A stretch of 29,002 nucleotides of DNA, from contig PS015078.1 in assembly GCA_048213135.1 (NCBI GenBank), forward strand, positions 107,327 to 136,328, given 5' to 3'. The position numbers and the translations under genes are program-made. Positions 12,775 to 24,792 of the stretch are shown here, in pieces. The number at the start of each line of letters is the position of its first letter. Within the stretch, counting starts at the first letter, position 1. Source of the DNA: Reclinomonas americana ATCC 50394. Its lineage: Eukaryota. A model generated the notes under the pieces. The model saw nothing but the letters and a program-made list of their open reading frames with translations. It was not told where the DNA came from and did not search any database.

Positions 12775-13621
12775 ATGGGAGCTTGCTGTGGAGGCGAGAG
12801 CTCCGCCGGCGATAAGCTGGGACACAGCAACAGCGGCCTCAGCGGTGGCAGTGGCAGCGCCTCGGCCAGCACCGCAAAGTCTGCAGCTGGTGCCGGAGGA
12901 CCTGGCCGACCAGACGACATCAAGCTGCTCATGCTTGGTGCGTAGCCACATACATGTGTGTGAGAGATGGGAAGGGAAGGGAGAGAGAGAGCGTGCTCAC
13001 AAACGTGGAAGTGTGAGAGTGTGTGAGCGTCATGGCCCATTCACACACACTCACCGACGCACGCACTTGCACTCGCGCGTCGACGTGAATGACGCACTCA
13101 CACACGCGCGCGCACTTGTACACACTCACACACACGAGATCATGTATGCGTGTTGTGCGTGTGTCTGTTGTGTTGTGTGGAGTTATGTATCACTCACACT
13201 CGCTCTCTCTCTCTCGCACTCTCTCTTTCTCCGCTCAGGCGCTGGCGAGAGTGGCAAGTCGACCTTCTTCAAGCAGATCAAAATCCTCTTTGATGATGGC
13301 TACAGTCCACAAGAACTCGGCAGATTGAAGGATGTGTTGCGTACACTTATGTTGTTGTTATTCACGCACACACTGTTTCTCGAAACTCACTGCCTGTGTG
13401 AATGTATGTGCAGCATATTCACGAATGTCATGTGAGTGCGCGCGCGCTCTTGCTCTTGATATCCCTTTCTCCTCTCCTTCTCATTGTTGTTGCAGTCTCA
13501 ACATGTACATGCTGCTGGGAGCGCTGAAGGTCTTCAAGTTCAACTACGCCATCCCCGACAATGCGGTGAGTGAGCCGCCACACGCACACACGCACACACA
13601 CACACTCTCTCTCTCTCTCTT

Positions 13622-13659
<38 letters not shown>

Positions 13660-14982
13660 ATCTCGCACGCGTGCGCTTGGCATTTGTTCGTCTGCCTCTT
13701 ACACTCTGTCAGGCGCGAGCCGAGCGAATTCTGCTGTTGGGTGAGAACGAGCAGGTGTGCATTGACCAACCGGAGCTGTTCACTGCGGAGGTGGCGCGTG
13801 ACATTGAGGAGTTGTGGCGCGATGACGGTGCGCGTGCATGTCATGAGCGTCGCGTCTCCCTTTTTCATGTGCTCAATCTGTTTCTCTCCAGCCATTCAGC
13901 GAGCGTACCAGCGTCGCAATGAGTTCCAGCTGTACGACTCGGCAGCCTAGTTGCGTGCGCATAAAAAGTCAGTCTTCTTCGTCCCTGATTTCTCACTCCT
14001 TCTGCACAGCTTCTTCCAGCACATTCGACGTCTGGCGGCACCCGATTACCGTCCAACCACTGAAGACGTGCTGCGAGTCCGTGTCAAGACCACCGGCATT
14101 GTGGAGGCAGCGGTTCAGTACGACAAGCTACATTTGAAGTTGCGCCGTCGCCGTCGCCGCCGTCGTCGCAGTTGACTCCTTTGGGGGGGTGACGTGCTCA
14201 CACGCCTGGTTGCAGGTTGTACGACGTGGGCGGACAGCGTCCGGAGCGGAGAAAGTGGATCAAGTGCTTCTCTGGCGTCACTGCGCTCCTCTTCTTCGTG
14301 GCCGTCAGCGAGTTGCGTAATTTGCACGTGCGTGTGTGTGTTACGAGAGCAATATCTCATCTCGTGGTGAACCAGGTACGATCAAACGTGCTACGAGGAC
14401 AACGTCACCAACCGCATGGAGGAGAGCCTGCGTCTGTTTGACGAGCATGTCAACGGACAGTGGTTCAACGACACGTTGCGTGATGTGTGGTTGTGAGGTC
14501 AACTTCGATGCCCCCCCGGCTGCTCACATTCTTGCGCTCGATCCTCCTCCACACAGGCCGGTGATTCTGTTCCTGAACAAGCAGGATCTGTTCCGCGAGA
14601 AGATCAAGCACTCCGATCTCACGCGCTACTTCCCCGACTACCGCTGTGCGTGAGCTCTCGTGTTGCCATTCGTGTAATGCTTTGCTGTCTCACACGCAGT
14701 TGTTGCAGCGACGGCACCCGCTGGTTCACCCGAGTTCCTCGACAGTGCCGTCAAGTTCGTCGCGGAAAAGTTCCGCCGTCTCAACAGAAACCCAGACCGT
14801 GTGATATACACGTATCCCATGTGCGCCACTGACACGGATAATATGAAGTTGCGTGTTGGTGGAAACCGCGTTGTGAGTTGCCTGCAGTCTCACCCCTCAC
14901 TGCCGACACCCACAGGCAAGTCATGGAGTTTGTGAAGGATATTCTGCTCGAGACGCAGCGACGGAACACGAGCGGTCACTAG
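12775..14982 (+). CDS. Heterotrimeric G-protein alpha subunit, 12 exons
   Basis: Exons: 12775-12937, 13239-13335, 13414-13431, 13496-13565, 13713-13827, 13892-13949, 14010-14138, 14216-14311, 14376-14474, 14557-14645, 14709 (or 14700)-14847, 14916-14982. Motifs: MGACC N-terminus, [45 protein letters not shown]. Confidence 0.96.
13581..13656. repeat. Compound (CA)n/(CT)n microsatellite in G-alpha intron 4
   Basis: Direct reading of the sequence. Confidence 0.9.
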
Positions 14983-15249
14983 GTTGTCTTTTCCTTTCTT
15001 TTTTGTTTCCTTTTTCTTTCCCTCCCCCTCCTGCTGCATTCTGTTTGGCAAGAGTTGTGTGTCGCGTTGCTGCTGCGTTTTTGTCTCTTTGTGTCCTCTC
15101 CGTGGCCGCCTTGGATGGCTTGGGTACCCCGCAACTGTTTCTACCCCCCTTCTGCTTTGTTTTACGATGCGTGCGTATAGCCTCTTTATACATGATCTGC
15201 AAACCATCGAGTCGTGCTGCCCTTGTCGGTGTTTCCATTCATTTTCTAT

Positions 15250-18200
15250 TTACTCAGGCTCATCCACATACACAGCCTCCCCGCACTGTAGGGTGACGGG
15301 CGGTGCATCCGCCGCAGTCGCCGTCTCCATGCGCAACAGCATGCCGAACACCACGCCTCCCTGTTGATTCGTTAGCAGCAACTCTCACGTCAAGCAAGCA
15401 ATCGAGCGATGAAAGTGGGAGCTCACCGACCGCGTCCGGCGGAACGTGGCCAGAGTGCGCAGCGGCTCAGCTTCGCCGATACCGGTGCGTTGATCGATGC
15501 ACACCATGGAACACCGATTGCAGTGGCCCGTGACCTGCAATGACCGACATTTTAAGAAGAATAAGGTGAAAGAAGACGCAACACACGAGCCACTCGACTC
15601 AAAAACCCCCCACCGATAACGTGCACGCGCCATTGCCAACGCGCACGTGCTTCCAGTGATCCTCCGCAAACGCGTCCTCATCGCTGCTGTCCACCACGAG
15701 ATTCGGTCGAAATCTGTCGACCAGTGTCGATGCGTCGAGCCGCGAGCTCGGCGGCAGCAGCTCCGCCAGACGCCGCAACGACGGCATGGTGACCAACAAA
15801 AACTGGCCTTCGTTGACGAAACTCACCCGCGAGTTGCCAGCCTCGCCAGTCCCATCTGATTTGCGCTCACGAAGTCGGCGATCCATCGACGGCGGCTTGC
15901 GACAGAGGCCGCAATCGTGTTGAAGCACGCGCTGGAACCACTCATTGACCTTGGCGTCATACATAAGCCCCTCGCAGCGCGCTCCACACACACGCAGTGG
16001 CATGTGATCCTCGGTGGGATACTCATCCAGTGAAAGCACCAACGCCTCATCGTCGTCGTCGCCATCACCGCGAAACCGCAGGCGCAGGGTACGTGTCGTC
16101 AGATCCACTCGAGGCTCAATGAACGCCATCTGCGGTATCTGTGGCGACGATCATCTTCGTCAGCACATGCTCTCGACAAGCAAGCTGCCCGCGCGCACGC
16201 GACTCACTCTTTTCTGAGTCAGTGCCACACCCGTCGGCAGATCCACCACCGTCCACTCGCGATCAAACTCGAATCCTGTCCCCGGTCACGCCGGTTCAGC
16301 GACACCGAGACAACATACACACACACACACGCACTCTCCGCTGTACTCACCAGTGTCGCACAGAGGCCACGACGACACGTGCATGCCGGCACACGATTTG
16401 ATGGGATACACAATCATGTCCACCAAAGTCGCGGTGACACCGGGTCGACGCACACACGCTGCGTCGTCTTGCGAGGGTGCCCACGGTGCACTAACGTAGT
16501 GATCGCGAACAAAAGCAAATACGCGCTGTGCACATGATGGAGGTTATGCAAACAAACGAAAGAAGAGTGGTCGGCCGGCTGTTGTGCAAACTCACCTCCA
16601 CATCTGTCTCACGACTCATGTAACCAAATGAAACGCGAATAGATCCAGTGAACTTGCCACCCATGACATCGTGAGCGTCCCAGCAGACGTGTCCACTCTG
16701 CACAAACCACAAACAGCATGAGGAGAGGCACGTTGACAGGATTCTCGCTGCGGTGATCATGCGCACTTCATAGTTCCGGCGCACATCACTGGCCGACAGA
16801 CCGAGGTAGTGTTGGCACGCACCGGGGTTGCAAAAACAGCCCGTCTGCTCATCCCACCATCGCACATCAGCCACCGTCGTAGCCAGAACCAAGGATGGCT
16901 TCACGCAACTCGCAGCGCAATCCTCATCATGCTGGCCAACTCCTCCACCGCAGAAAAGCCAATCGGCGAGCCGTCGGGAGCAAACAGATTGAAGTTGACG
17001 ACGCCACCTTGCAATGCCGAGTCGTGCAGATGATGCTTGCCGTAGAATTCGCACACTGGACGGCCATTGGCGTGGCGAAGCGCAGCAAGACGGGCGTGCA
17101 GGCTGTGCGCCAGGCTCCACGTGTGCTCCGCAATGTGCCGCATGCCGACGGATTGCAACAGGTCGAGTCCACACTGCACTCCACCAACAACTGCCTGGTA
17201 ATTCAACGTACCATCCTACATGGAAGAGCGCGCGCACCACAAGTGAGGGTGAGAGTGGGGATGGGCAACGAAAAGTTCGTGTGCGTCACCTCTAGTTGCT
17301 CGGAAACCTCCTTGCGCAATTCCCGGAAGGGTTCCGTGGCCGCCGACGCAGCCACAGTGCCGCCACCGAAATAGCGCTTGCGCAGAATAGATGCCGATGC
17401 TGCACCGAGGCAAAACAAAACTCTATGAGTATCCATCCACACGCATCCACCACTCTCGCGCATGGCACGCACATCGTTTGATCAACAACGCTCCGAGTCC
17501 ACTCGGAAACCCAAACATCTTGTAAAACGAGATGGCAATGAAGTCGGCCTGATTGGCTGGCACCGACAGGTCGAGCGCGTTGCACTGCACGAACTTGGAG
17601 GCATCGAGACACACGAACCACTCTCTGCGACGAGACGATGGTGAGTGACTGCCGACGAAGCAACGAGACTCATCACTGACACAACTTGGCGGCATCCAAT
17701 GCGCCCGACTTGATCGCTGCGATCCACTTGCCCAGTGGGTACTTGACGCCCGTGGCATTGCACTCGGGTGGGTACACAAAGAGAGCCCGCGGCCGCTCGG
17801 TCGACAATGTGGCGGCTTGCGGATCTTTGTTGCCACCACATCGACACTCCACTTCGTCCTCCGTCAGGCACTGCACAGCACTGCCGTGCTCCATGGCAAA
17901 CCTGCTCCACCCCGTTGCGTCAAAAGCACTGCGCGCAATACCAGCAAACCCCCCTCAGAGCACGCAACTCACGAATGCCCAGTGCCGAGTTGTGACACTG
18001 CAGCAGGTACGCAAAGACGCTTGTCGATTCCCACGGGAACAACTCGCCGACCTGCAGGCGCCCTCATTGAGTGAGTCACGCACACACAGAGAGAGGTCGA
18101 CGACACTCTCACTCAGTGCACACCATCTTGAGCGAGGCCGTGGCACCACTGGTGAACACCACCGCGTACTCGGAGCGATCGGTGCCAAAGAAGCGCAACA

Positions 18201-18435
18201 CTGCATCGCGCACTGACTGCACAGTGCGATGCAGTTGGCGGGCGCCTGCATGCTGCGAGTCTGCGATTGCTCATTGTGAGGAAGAGGTGGCGGAGAGGAG
18301 GAAGAGAGAGGGAGAAAGAAGCGCAACGTGGATTGGAGGAACAAGCCAGCTTTTCCTCGAGCATCACACGACTGAAATGGTCGATCTGTCGCCGCGCAAA
18401 GCGAGTGGCACCAGCGTGGTCGACATAGGTGCTCT
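15250..18435 (-). CDS. MOCOS: Molybdenum cofactor sulfurase (NifS-like PLP domain plus MOSC_N and MOSC), exons 2-15
   Basis: Spliced motifs: [55 protein letters not shown] (PLP Lys), [70 protein letters not shown] stop at 15252-15250. Confidence 0.95.
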
Positions 18436-18663
18436 CTNNNNNNNNNNNNNNNNNNNNNNNNNNNNNNNNNNNNNNNNNNNNNNNNNNNNNNNNNNNNNNN
18501 NNNNNNNNNNNNNNNNNNNNNNNNNNNNNNNNNNNNNNNNNNNNNNNNNNNNNNNNNNNNNNNNNNNNNNNNNNNNNNNNNNNNNNNNNNNNNNNNNNNN
18601 NNNNNNNNNNNNNNNNNNNNNNNNNNNNNNNNNNNNNNNNNNNNNNNNNNNNNNNNNNNNNNN

Positions 18664-18936
18664 CGCCGGCTGACCAACAAGCCCATTGTGCGCCGACGAT
18701 ACTACGTCAACGGCATCAAGAAGTACGAGACCGGCTCCAAGGGCGCCGACGACTACACGGCCACCGACAGCGGCCGCAGTGCTGCGTCCGGATCGACCGC
18801 CGACGTCGACGTCGAAGGCGATGGCGAAGGCGATGGCGACGACGGCGTGGACTTTGCAGCGGCTGCTGTACTCGCTGCCGGTGTAGATTTTGACCTGCTC
18901 TCCCTCGGCTCGTTTGACGGCGGAGAGGAGGACTAG
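18664..18936 (+). CDS. Acidic C-terminal end of the Ser/Pro/Arg-rich protein that starts at 21195 (reversed segment)
   Basis: Open frame from the first base: RRLTNKPIVRRYYVNGIKKYETGSKGADD...GGEED*. In phase with the complete codon CAG ending at 20362. Confidence 0.65.
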   Translation, partial: RRLTNKPIVRRRYYVNGIKKYETGSKGADDYTATDSGRSAASGSTADVDVEGDGEGDGDDGVDFAAAAVLAAGVDFDLLSLGSFDGGEED

Positions 18937-19041
18937 CCGGGCCGAGTTCGTGTCGAGAGAGAAATTAAAAGAAAAAGACTTGCGTTCTCTGTCATCGTCC
19001 TTGTTGCGAGACGGAGGAGGAACGAAGAGAAGAGTGCATCC

Positions 19042-19105
19042 ATGTACCCACCAGAGGTGCAGGCAGTCATCGATCAGCTCTTCCCTCCAGAGCTCGAAGA
19101 TGCAG
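19042..19105 (+). CDS. MOCOS: Probable first exon of MOCOS, on a reversed segment
   Basis: MYPPEVQAVIDQLFPPELEDA+G followed by GTGCGA (phase 1). This matches the phase-1 acceptor ag|AG AGC ACC TAT GTC GAC at 18437-18421 (minus), giving [14 protein letters not shown]. Confidence 0.7.
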
Positions 19106-19401
19106 GTGCGATCGCTGTCTCTCGTTTCTCCGATTCTCTCTCTCTCTCTTACGCACACACNNNNNNNNNNNNNNNNNNNNNNNNNNNNNNNNNNNNNNNN
19201 NNNNNNNNNNNNNNNNNNNNNNNNNNNNNNNNNNNNNNNNNNNNNNNNNNNNNNNNNNNNNNNNNNNNNNNNNNNNNNNNNNNNNNNNNNNNNNNNNNNN
19301 NNNNNNNNNNNNNNNNNNNNNNNNNNNNNNNNNNNNNNNNNNNNNNNNNNNNNNNNNNNNNNNNNNNNNNNNNNNNNNNNNNNNNNNNNNNNNNNNNNNN
19401 N

Positions 19402-20362
19402 GGCGAGCCACGCCATTGTCGGCACGAGGCGACTACAGCATTGCGAGTACCAACACAGTTGCGAAAGTACTGCCGCACTCTAGACGTGTTCCTTGCTGCT
19501 CACATCCCGCCCCTGTTTTCGCAGTCACGATTCACTCCCCGCGGCGTCAGCTCCGCCGACCATCCACCGGACATGTCGCTCAGCGATTTCATGACGTTGC
19601 GACGACAACGCAAACCCGGCTTGCCGCCAGAGGCCTCCCCGCGACGAACAAGGCGGTCGTCTGGTGTGGGCACGAGTGTCGGCAGCAGCGGAACGACGCC
19701 CATGTCGCGCCGAGCAGCGTCCTCCAAGTCACCACTACGCGCTGCCGCCTCCGCCGCCGCCACGGCCAGCGCCGCCGCCGTTGCGAATCAGTCGCCAGGT
19801 CGTCAGAATTCAGCCTCGCCACGGAGACCCGAGTGGTCGATGCAGCGTGATTTGCCGCTGTCCCCCTGTGGCATGACTCCAAAACCGTCGGCACAGGATC
19901 GAAAGCGCTCGTCGCGTCCTCGCGTTGCGTTCGCCTGCCACGCTTCTTGCTCCCACTTGCTCTGTCGTGTGTGGACTCACGCCTTCTTTCTCTTTCTCGA
20001 CACAGTCTTTTAGCGCGCAGCGAATGACGCCACGACAAGTGAATGCGGTGGGTGCCGACGGAGCGGTGATGGTGGTACCAGCGGTGGCCAATGGCAGTGG
20101 TACACATCGCAGCGGTATCAGCAGCAGTGGAAGCAGCACAACCGGCCGTGATCGCTCACCGCCACCCGGCTCGTCGTCCGGCGTCTCGTCCACTGCTGGC
20201 GGCAGTGGTCTGTCGATTCTGACCGACGGCCTGGTCGCCGCCCCCGGCCACAGACACGAGGTGCTGCCGGCGTCGGGGAATGTCACCACCGAGGACGGCA
20301 AGGTGTTGGAGCGCCAGTTCTTTGATCCGCGGCGTTTCGACCTGACGTCGCCAACGCGACAG
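19402..20362 (+). CDS. Middle exons of the Ser/Pro/Arg-rich protein (reversed segment)
   Basis: Exons 19402-19457, 19525-19923 and 20006-20362, joined by phase-0 GTTGCG..CAG introns. Open at both segment ends. Confidence 0.65.
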
Positions 20363-20382
20363 NNNNNNNNNNNNNNNNNNNN

Positions 20383-21195
20383 TGGAGCGCGGTGTCATGG
20401 CGCGAGGCGTGCCGGGATTGTCGCCGAGGTTGAGTAGCGGCACGGCCGAGTCTGGGCGGCTGACACTGTTGCGGAGCGACGAGTTGGAGCGCGCCGTCAG
20501 CGGCCGCGACGGCCCCGGAGAATACGACACACGCGGGTCCTCGCCGGGAGCGGGTCCATACAAGCGTCGCGTGGCCGATGAGCGATACGACACCGCATCA
20601 TCCATAAAATTGGTGAACGAGCGTTGCGTCGAGGCTCCACTGCCCGACGAGCGTGGCGTCGACGACGCCGCCACCGGGTGCGGACGCGGACCTGGAGACT
20701 TTCGCGCACGTCGCATAGGCGACGACGATTGCGGCGTCGGCTGCGTCACTCCCTTGTAGGTCAGCGGTCGCTCATCAATCGGCAACACACGCGGATCCTG
20801 ATACGTGCGCAGCGTCGACGATCCAAACGCCGTGGTGGCCTGCGGTCGCCTGCTGACCGCCGACGCAGACGACACTGAGGACGCTCCTGTGGTCGATCCC
20901 GTCGATCCCAGTGGCGTGGTGCTCCCGTGCAGCACACGTTGTTGGCGGGCGATCTCCTCGGTCTCGCCGAGCACCACCGAGGAGATGTACTCGTTGAGAT
21001 CGTCGGCCACTGGGCGCACTGCCAGCTCATACGTCATGCGTGAGGAGGAGCCAAAGGCCGCAGTGGGTCGCCGTGCACGCGATGAGCCTGTTGTGGAGTG
21101 GGGATGCGTGAGCGTGCCGCGACAGAGCAAGAGAGAGACTGGAGAGAGAAAACGTAACGTGCGGGCGACTTGGACGACCGCTGAAGGCCCATCAT
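20383..21195 (-). CDS. N-terminal part of an unknown low-complexity Ser/Pro/Arg-rich protein
   Basis: ATG at 21195, exon 21195-21159, intron GTTACGT..CAG, then exon 21087-20383 open to the gap. Motifs TAAFGSSSR and TTAFGSSTLR. Confidence 0.65.
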
Positions 21196-22455
21196 GGTGT
21201 GCGTTGGTGCGTGGGAGAGAGTGTGTGTCACACGCGCGCAGTGTCTTGTTCGACAGAGGTGGCGACGAGCGCTGTGTGCCAACAACAACAAAAACGCGTG
21301 CCACCAAACGAATTTCCGTTTTGAGAGTTGCCCGTGTCATGCATAATAACAAACTGGTGCTTGTATTTGCTGTGCGCCATGAGTGGTGTGGGGTGGGGCG
21401 TGTGGAANNNNNNNNNNNNNNNNNNNNNNNNNNNNNNNNNNNNNNNNNNNNNNNNNNNNNNNNNNNNNNNNNNNNNNNNNNNNNNNNNNNNNNNNNNNNN
21501 NNNNNNNNNNNNNNNNNNNNNNNNNNNNNNNNNNNNNNNNNNNNNNNNNNNNNNNNNNNNNNNNNNNNNNNNNNNNNNNNNNNNNNNNNNNNNNNNNNNN
21601 NNNNNNNNNNNNNNNNNNNNNNNNNNNNNNNNNNNNNNNNNNNNNNNNNNNNNNNNNNNNNNNNNNNNNNNNNNNNNNNNNNNNNNNNNNNNNNNNNNNN
21701 NNNNNNNNNNNNNNNNNNNNNNNNNNNNNNNNNNNNNNNNNNNNNNNNNNNNNNNNNNNNNNNNNNNNNNNNNNNNNNNNNNNNNNNNNNNNNNNNNNNN
21801 NNNNNNNNNNNNNNNNNNNNNNNNNNNNNNNNNNNNNNNNNNNNNNNNNNNNNNNNNNNNNNNNNNNNNNNNNNNNNNNNNNNNNNNNNNNNNNNNNNNN
21901 NNNNNNNNNNNNNNNNNNNNNNNNNNNNNNNNNNNNNNNNNNNNNNNNNNNNNNNNNNNNNNNNNNNNNNNNNNNNNNNNNTGATGCAGTGGGTGCAGAG
22001 AAGAAGCGTGTGAGGGAGAATGCGAAGTTCGCGCCAAGTCGATATCGATATCGACTTTTTTAAGCAAGCACATCCAGGGCTGGCGGGTTGCAGGGTAGGA
22101 ACGTGGTGGAACATGGCATCGTTGGCAGCAGTGGCAGCAGCAGCGTCGATGTCAGGAATGGATCGAATATCGCAATCCGGACAGCAATGCGACAACTCTG
22201 CTCTGCTCTGCTCCTGCGTCTCTCTCTCTCGCTCTCTCATGTGCAAGCAAGCGCATGCATCGCCTGCTCTCCGAAGACTCCACAGAGGTGTCAACTTGCA
22301 CACCACGCCGCGGCATGCAATCTTCGCCGGCGCCGGAAATCGGGCAGTGACGATTCGAGAAAGAACCACCACCCGCGCACCGCTCTTCCCACCACACCGC
22401 CACCGCCACTGCCCGTTTTGTCGTTTCTCAGTGCACCAGCGGGCGGGGGGCGCGC

Positions 22456-22486
<31 letters not shown>

Positions 22487-22780
22487 TCCATCCCGGCACA
22501 TGTACACATCTCACTCACTCACTCGGACAACTGAGGAAATGCACAGTCGACGGCCAGCATCCGCCCAGACCGCACACATTCGCCTGCGCTACTATCAACC
22601 ACCCCGAGCAAGACAGGCAGCAGAAGCAGGCGAGGTTTGTGCGACGGACTTGTCATTGTCCGATAGCGAGCCGCGCATTGCATTATTCGCTGACACACAG
22701 ATCACGCGCAGCGCCTCTCTCGCCGCTCTCATTGTCTTTCACCGCACCGTCAGCGAGCGCGCACAATCCACACCGCCATC

Positions 22781-24792
22781 ATGGACGACTCACCCACAGC
22801 CACAGCAGCAGCAGCAGCAAGTCGCACTCTCTCACCCGCCACCACGCGCATTGTCCGCACCGTCGACTGGCGCAACCTCAACCTGCGACGAGGCGGCTTT
22901 GGCTCCACCGCCCCCCGCCATGTCCTCGCCGAGGACTCCAACCGCGGCTACCAGTTCGCCAAGTCCACTGAGGACCTCATCCCCGGCTCCACACAGCCGC
23001 GACAAGCCATTGCACCGTCGCTCATTGTTGCGTCTCTCTCTCTTTTGTGTGTTGTGCGCCATGATGGCCATCGTCCCAAGCCACTCACGCTTTTTGCTTG
23101 ACACAGCGCGCGCTGTCGGCGCCTCCACGGACACTGACGGCCTGCTACACGCCGCGCCCGCCAGTCTCCATCCGCGCGCTGTCGCCGGCGCGCGTGGGTG
23201 CGGCGCCTGTGGCGGTGACACCCGCGTCGACTATGCGTCCGCGTGACCCCTCGCCTGCGCGCTCGCGCCGCCGCCACCCGTACCCGCGCTCGCCCTCGCC
23301 CACCGAGATGAGTCAGAGCATGTCGCTCTCGCAGGTGTACGCATCGCCGGCGGGCTCGTCGGTGCTGTCGCTGAGCTCAGTACGAGGTTNNNNNNNNNNN
23401 NNNNNNNNNNNNNNNNNNNNNNNNNNNNNNNNNNNNNNNNNNNNNNNNNNNNNNNNNNNNNNNNNNNNNNNNNNNNNNNNNNNNNNNNNNNNNNNNNNNN
23501 NNNNNNNNNNNNNNNNNNNNNNNNNNNNNNNNNNNNNNNNNNNNNNNNNNNNNNNNNNNNNNNNNNNNNNNNNNNNNNNNNNNNNNNNNNNNNNNNNNNN
23601 NNNNNNNNNNNNNNNNNNNNNNNNNNNNNNNNNNNNNNNNNNNNNNNNNNNNNNNNNNNNNNNNNNNNNNNNNNNNNNNNNNNNNNNNNNNNNNNNNNNN
23701 NNNNNNNNNNNNNNNNNNNNNNNNNNNNNNNNNNNNNNNNNNNNNNNNNNNNNNNNNNNNNNNNNNNNNNNNNNNNNNNNNNNNNNNNNNNNNNNNNNNN
23801 NNNNNNNNNNNNNNNNNNNNNNNNNNNNNNNNNNNNNNNNNNNNNNNNNNNNNNNNNNNNNNNNNNNNNNNNNNNNNNNNNNNNNNNNNNNNNNNNNNNN
23901 NNNNNNNNNNNNNNNNNNNNNNNNNNNNNNNNNNNNNNNNNNNNNNNNNNNNNNNNNNNNNNNNNNNNCTCACCTCTTGTGCTGCTGCTACAGTCGCATG
24001 TACACGTCGCCCAACAGGCAGCGTGAGGCCTCGCCGGCTCGCACCGCCTCGTCACCGCTGACGACGGCCAAGCGATTCGGTGCGTCGCCGTCGCGCACGG
24101 CGTCACCGGCCCGCGCGGCTCGTGTGCAAAAGGAGATGGAGCTGTTTGATCGACCCTTGCCGCTGTATCCAGTGGCGCAGGGCAAGTTGGGTGCGGCGGT
24201 GCACGCCAAGGCGCCTGAGCACCCGCCGTTCGAGTCGGCGGAGGAGCGCCCGATGAACCGCGCCGACCTGCCCAAGTCGTACAATGTCAACACGCACAGC
24301 TACATTGAGGTGTTTGACGTGGAGGCGGTGCCGCCGACCGAGTTCTACTTCCGGCCGATGTCGCACGAGGAGCGTGAGGAGCGCACCAAGTCCAACAACA
24401 CGCTGGCCACGTCGCTGCCGCCCGACTTTGAGGTGCGGCTGCTGGAGCGCTCGCCGCGACCTGTGGTGGAGGCGCCGGTGGTGAAGAAGAGGGTGCCGGT
24501 GGGCGACGACGACTGGGAGCGCTTCAGCGACGACGAGGCGCGGGAGGCGGAGGCGGCCGAGAGGGCAGCTGCGGCGGCGGCACGCAAGAATGTGTCGCCG
24601 ATGAAGTCGCGCGGCCGCAAGCAACAAAAGAAGAGGACAACGGCGGCGGTGCAGCCGGCGTCTTCGGCTGGCTTCGGCGCCAACTCGCCCCGAAAGGTGC
24701 TGGCGCCGACCGCCACGGCGCAGTCGGGCCGCGTGCACTCGTACATGTCACTGGACGTGCCGGCGTCGCTCCCCAAGGCGACGGCGTACTAG
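22781..24792 (+). CDS. Unknown Ser/Pro/Arg-rich, basic, probably disordered protein (gap inside)
   Basis: Exon 22781-23026, intron GTTGCGT..CAG (23027-23106), exon from 23107, gap, then a last exon of about 800 nt with strong GC3 bias ending in TAG at 24790-24792. Start codon is uncertain. Confidence 0.7.

Noticed and set aside
13948-13950. Apparent in-frame TAG in G-alpha (stop reassignment or pseudogene)
   Set aside because: It is TA|g at an intron donor, and splicing gives TAC (Tyr). TAG, TAA and TGA all terminate genes in this window.
12938-14915. U12-type or non-GT-AG introns
   Set aside because: All reconstructed introns are GT-AG and none has the RTATCCT U12 donor.
19042-19105. Resemblance of MYPPEVQAVIDQLFP to the VPS53 N-terminus
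   Set aside because: The match is short, and the exon joins in phase directly to the [13 protein letters not shown] exon, which otherwise lacks a start codon.
1-20382. Ciliate-style programmed gene scrambling as the cause of the reversed segments
   Set aside because: Every breakpoint coincides with an assembly gap or the window edge and no pointer repeats are visible, so an artefact is far more parsimonious.
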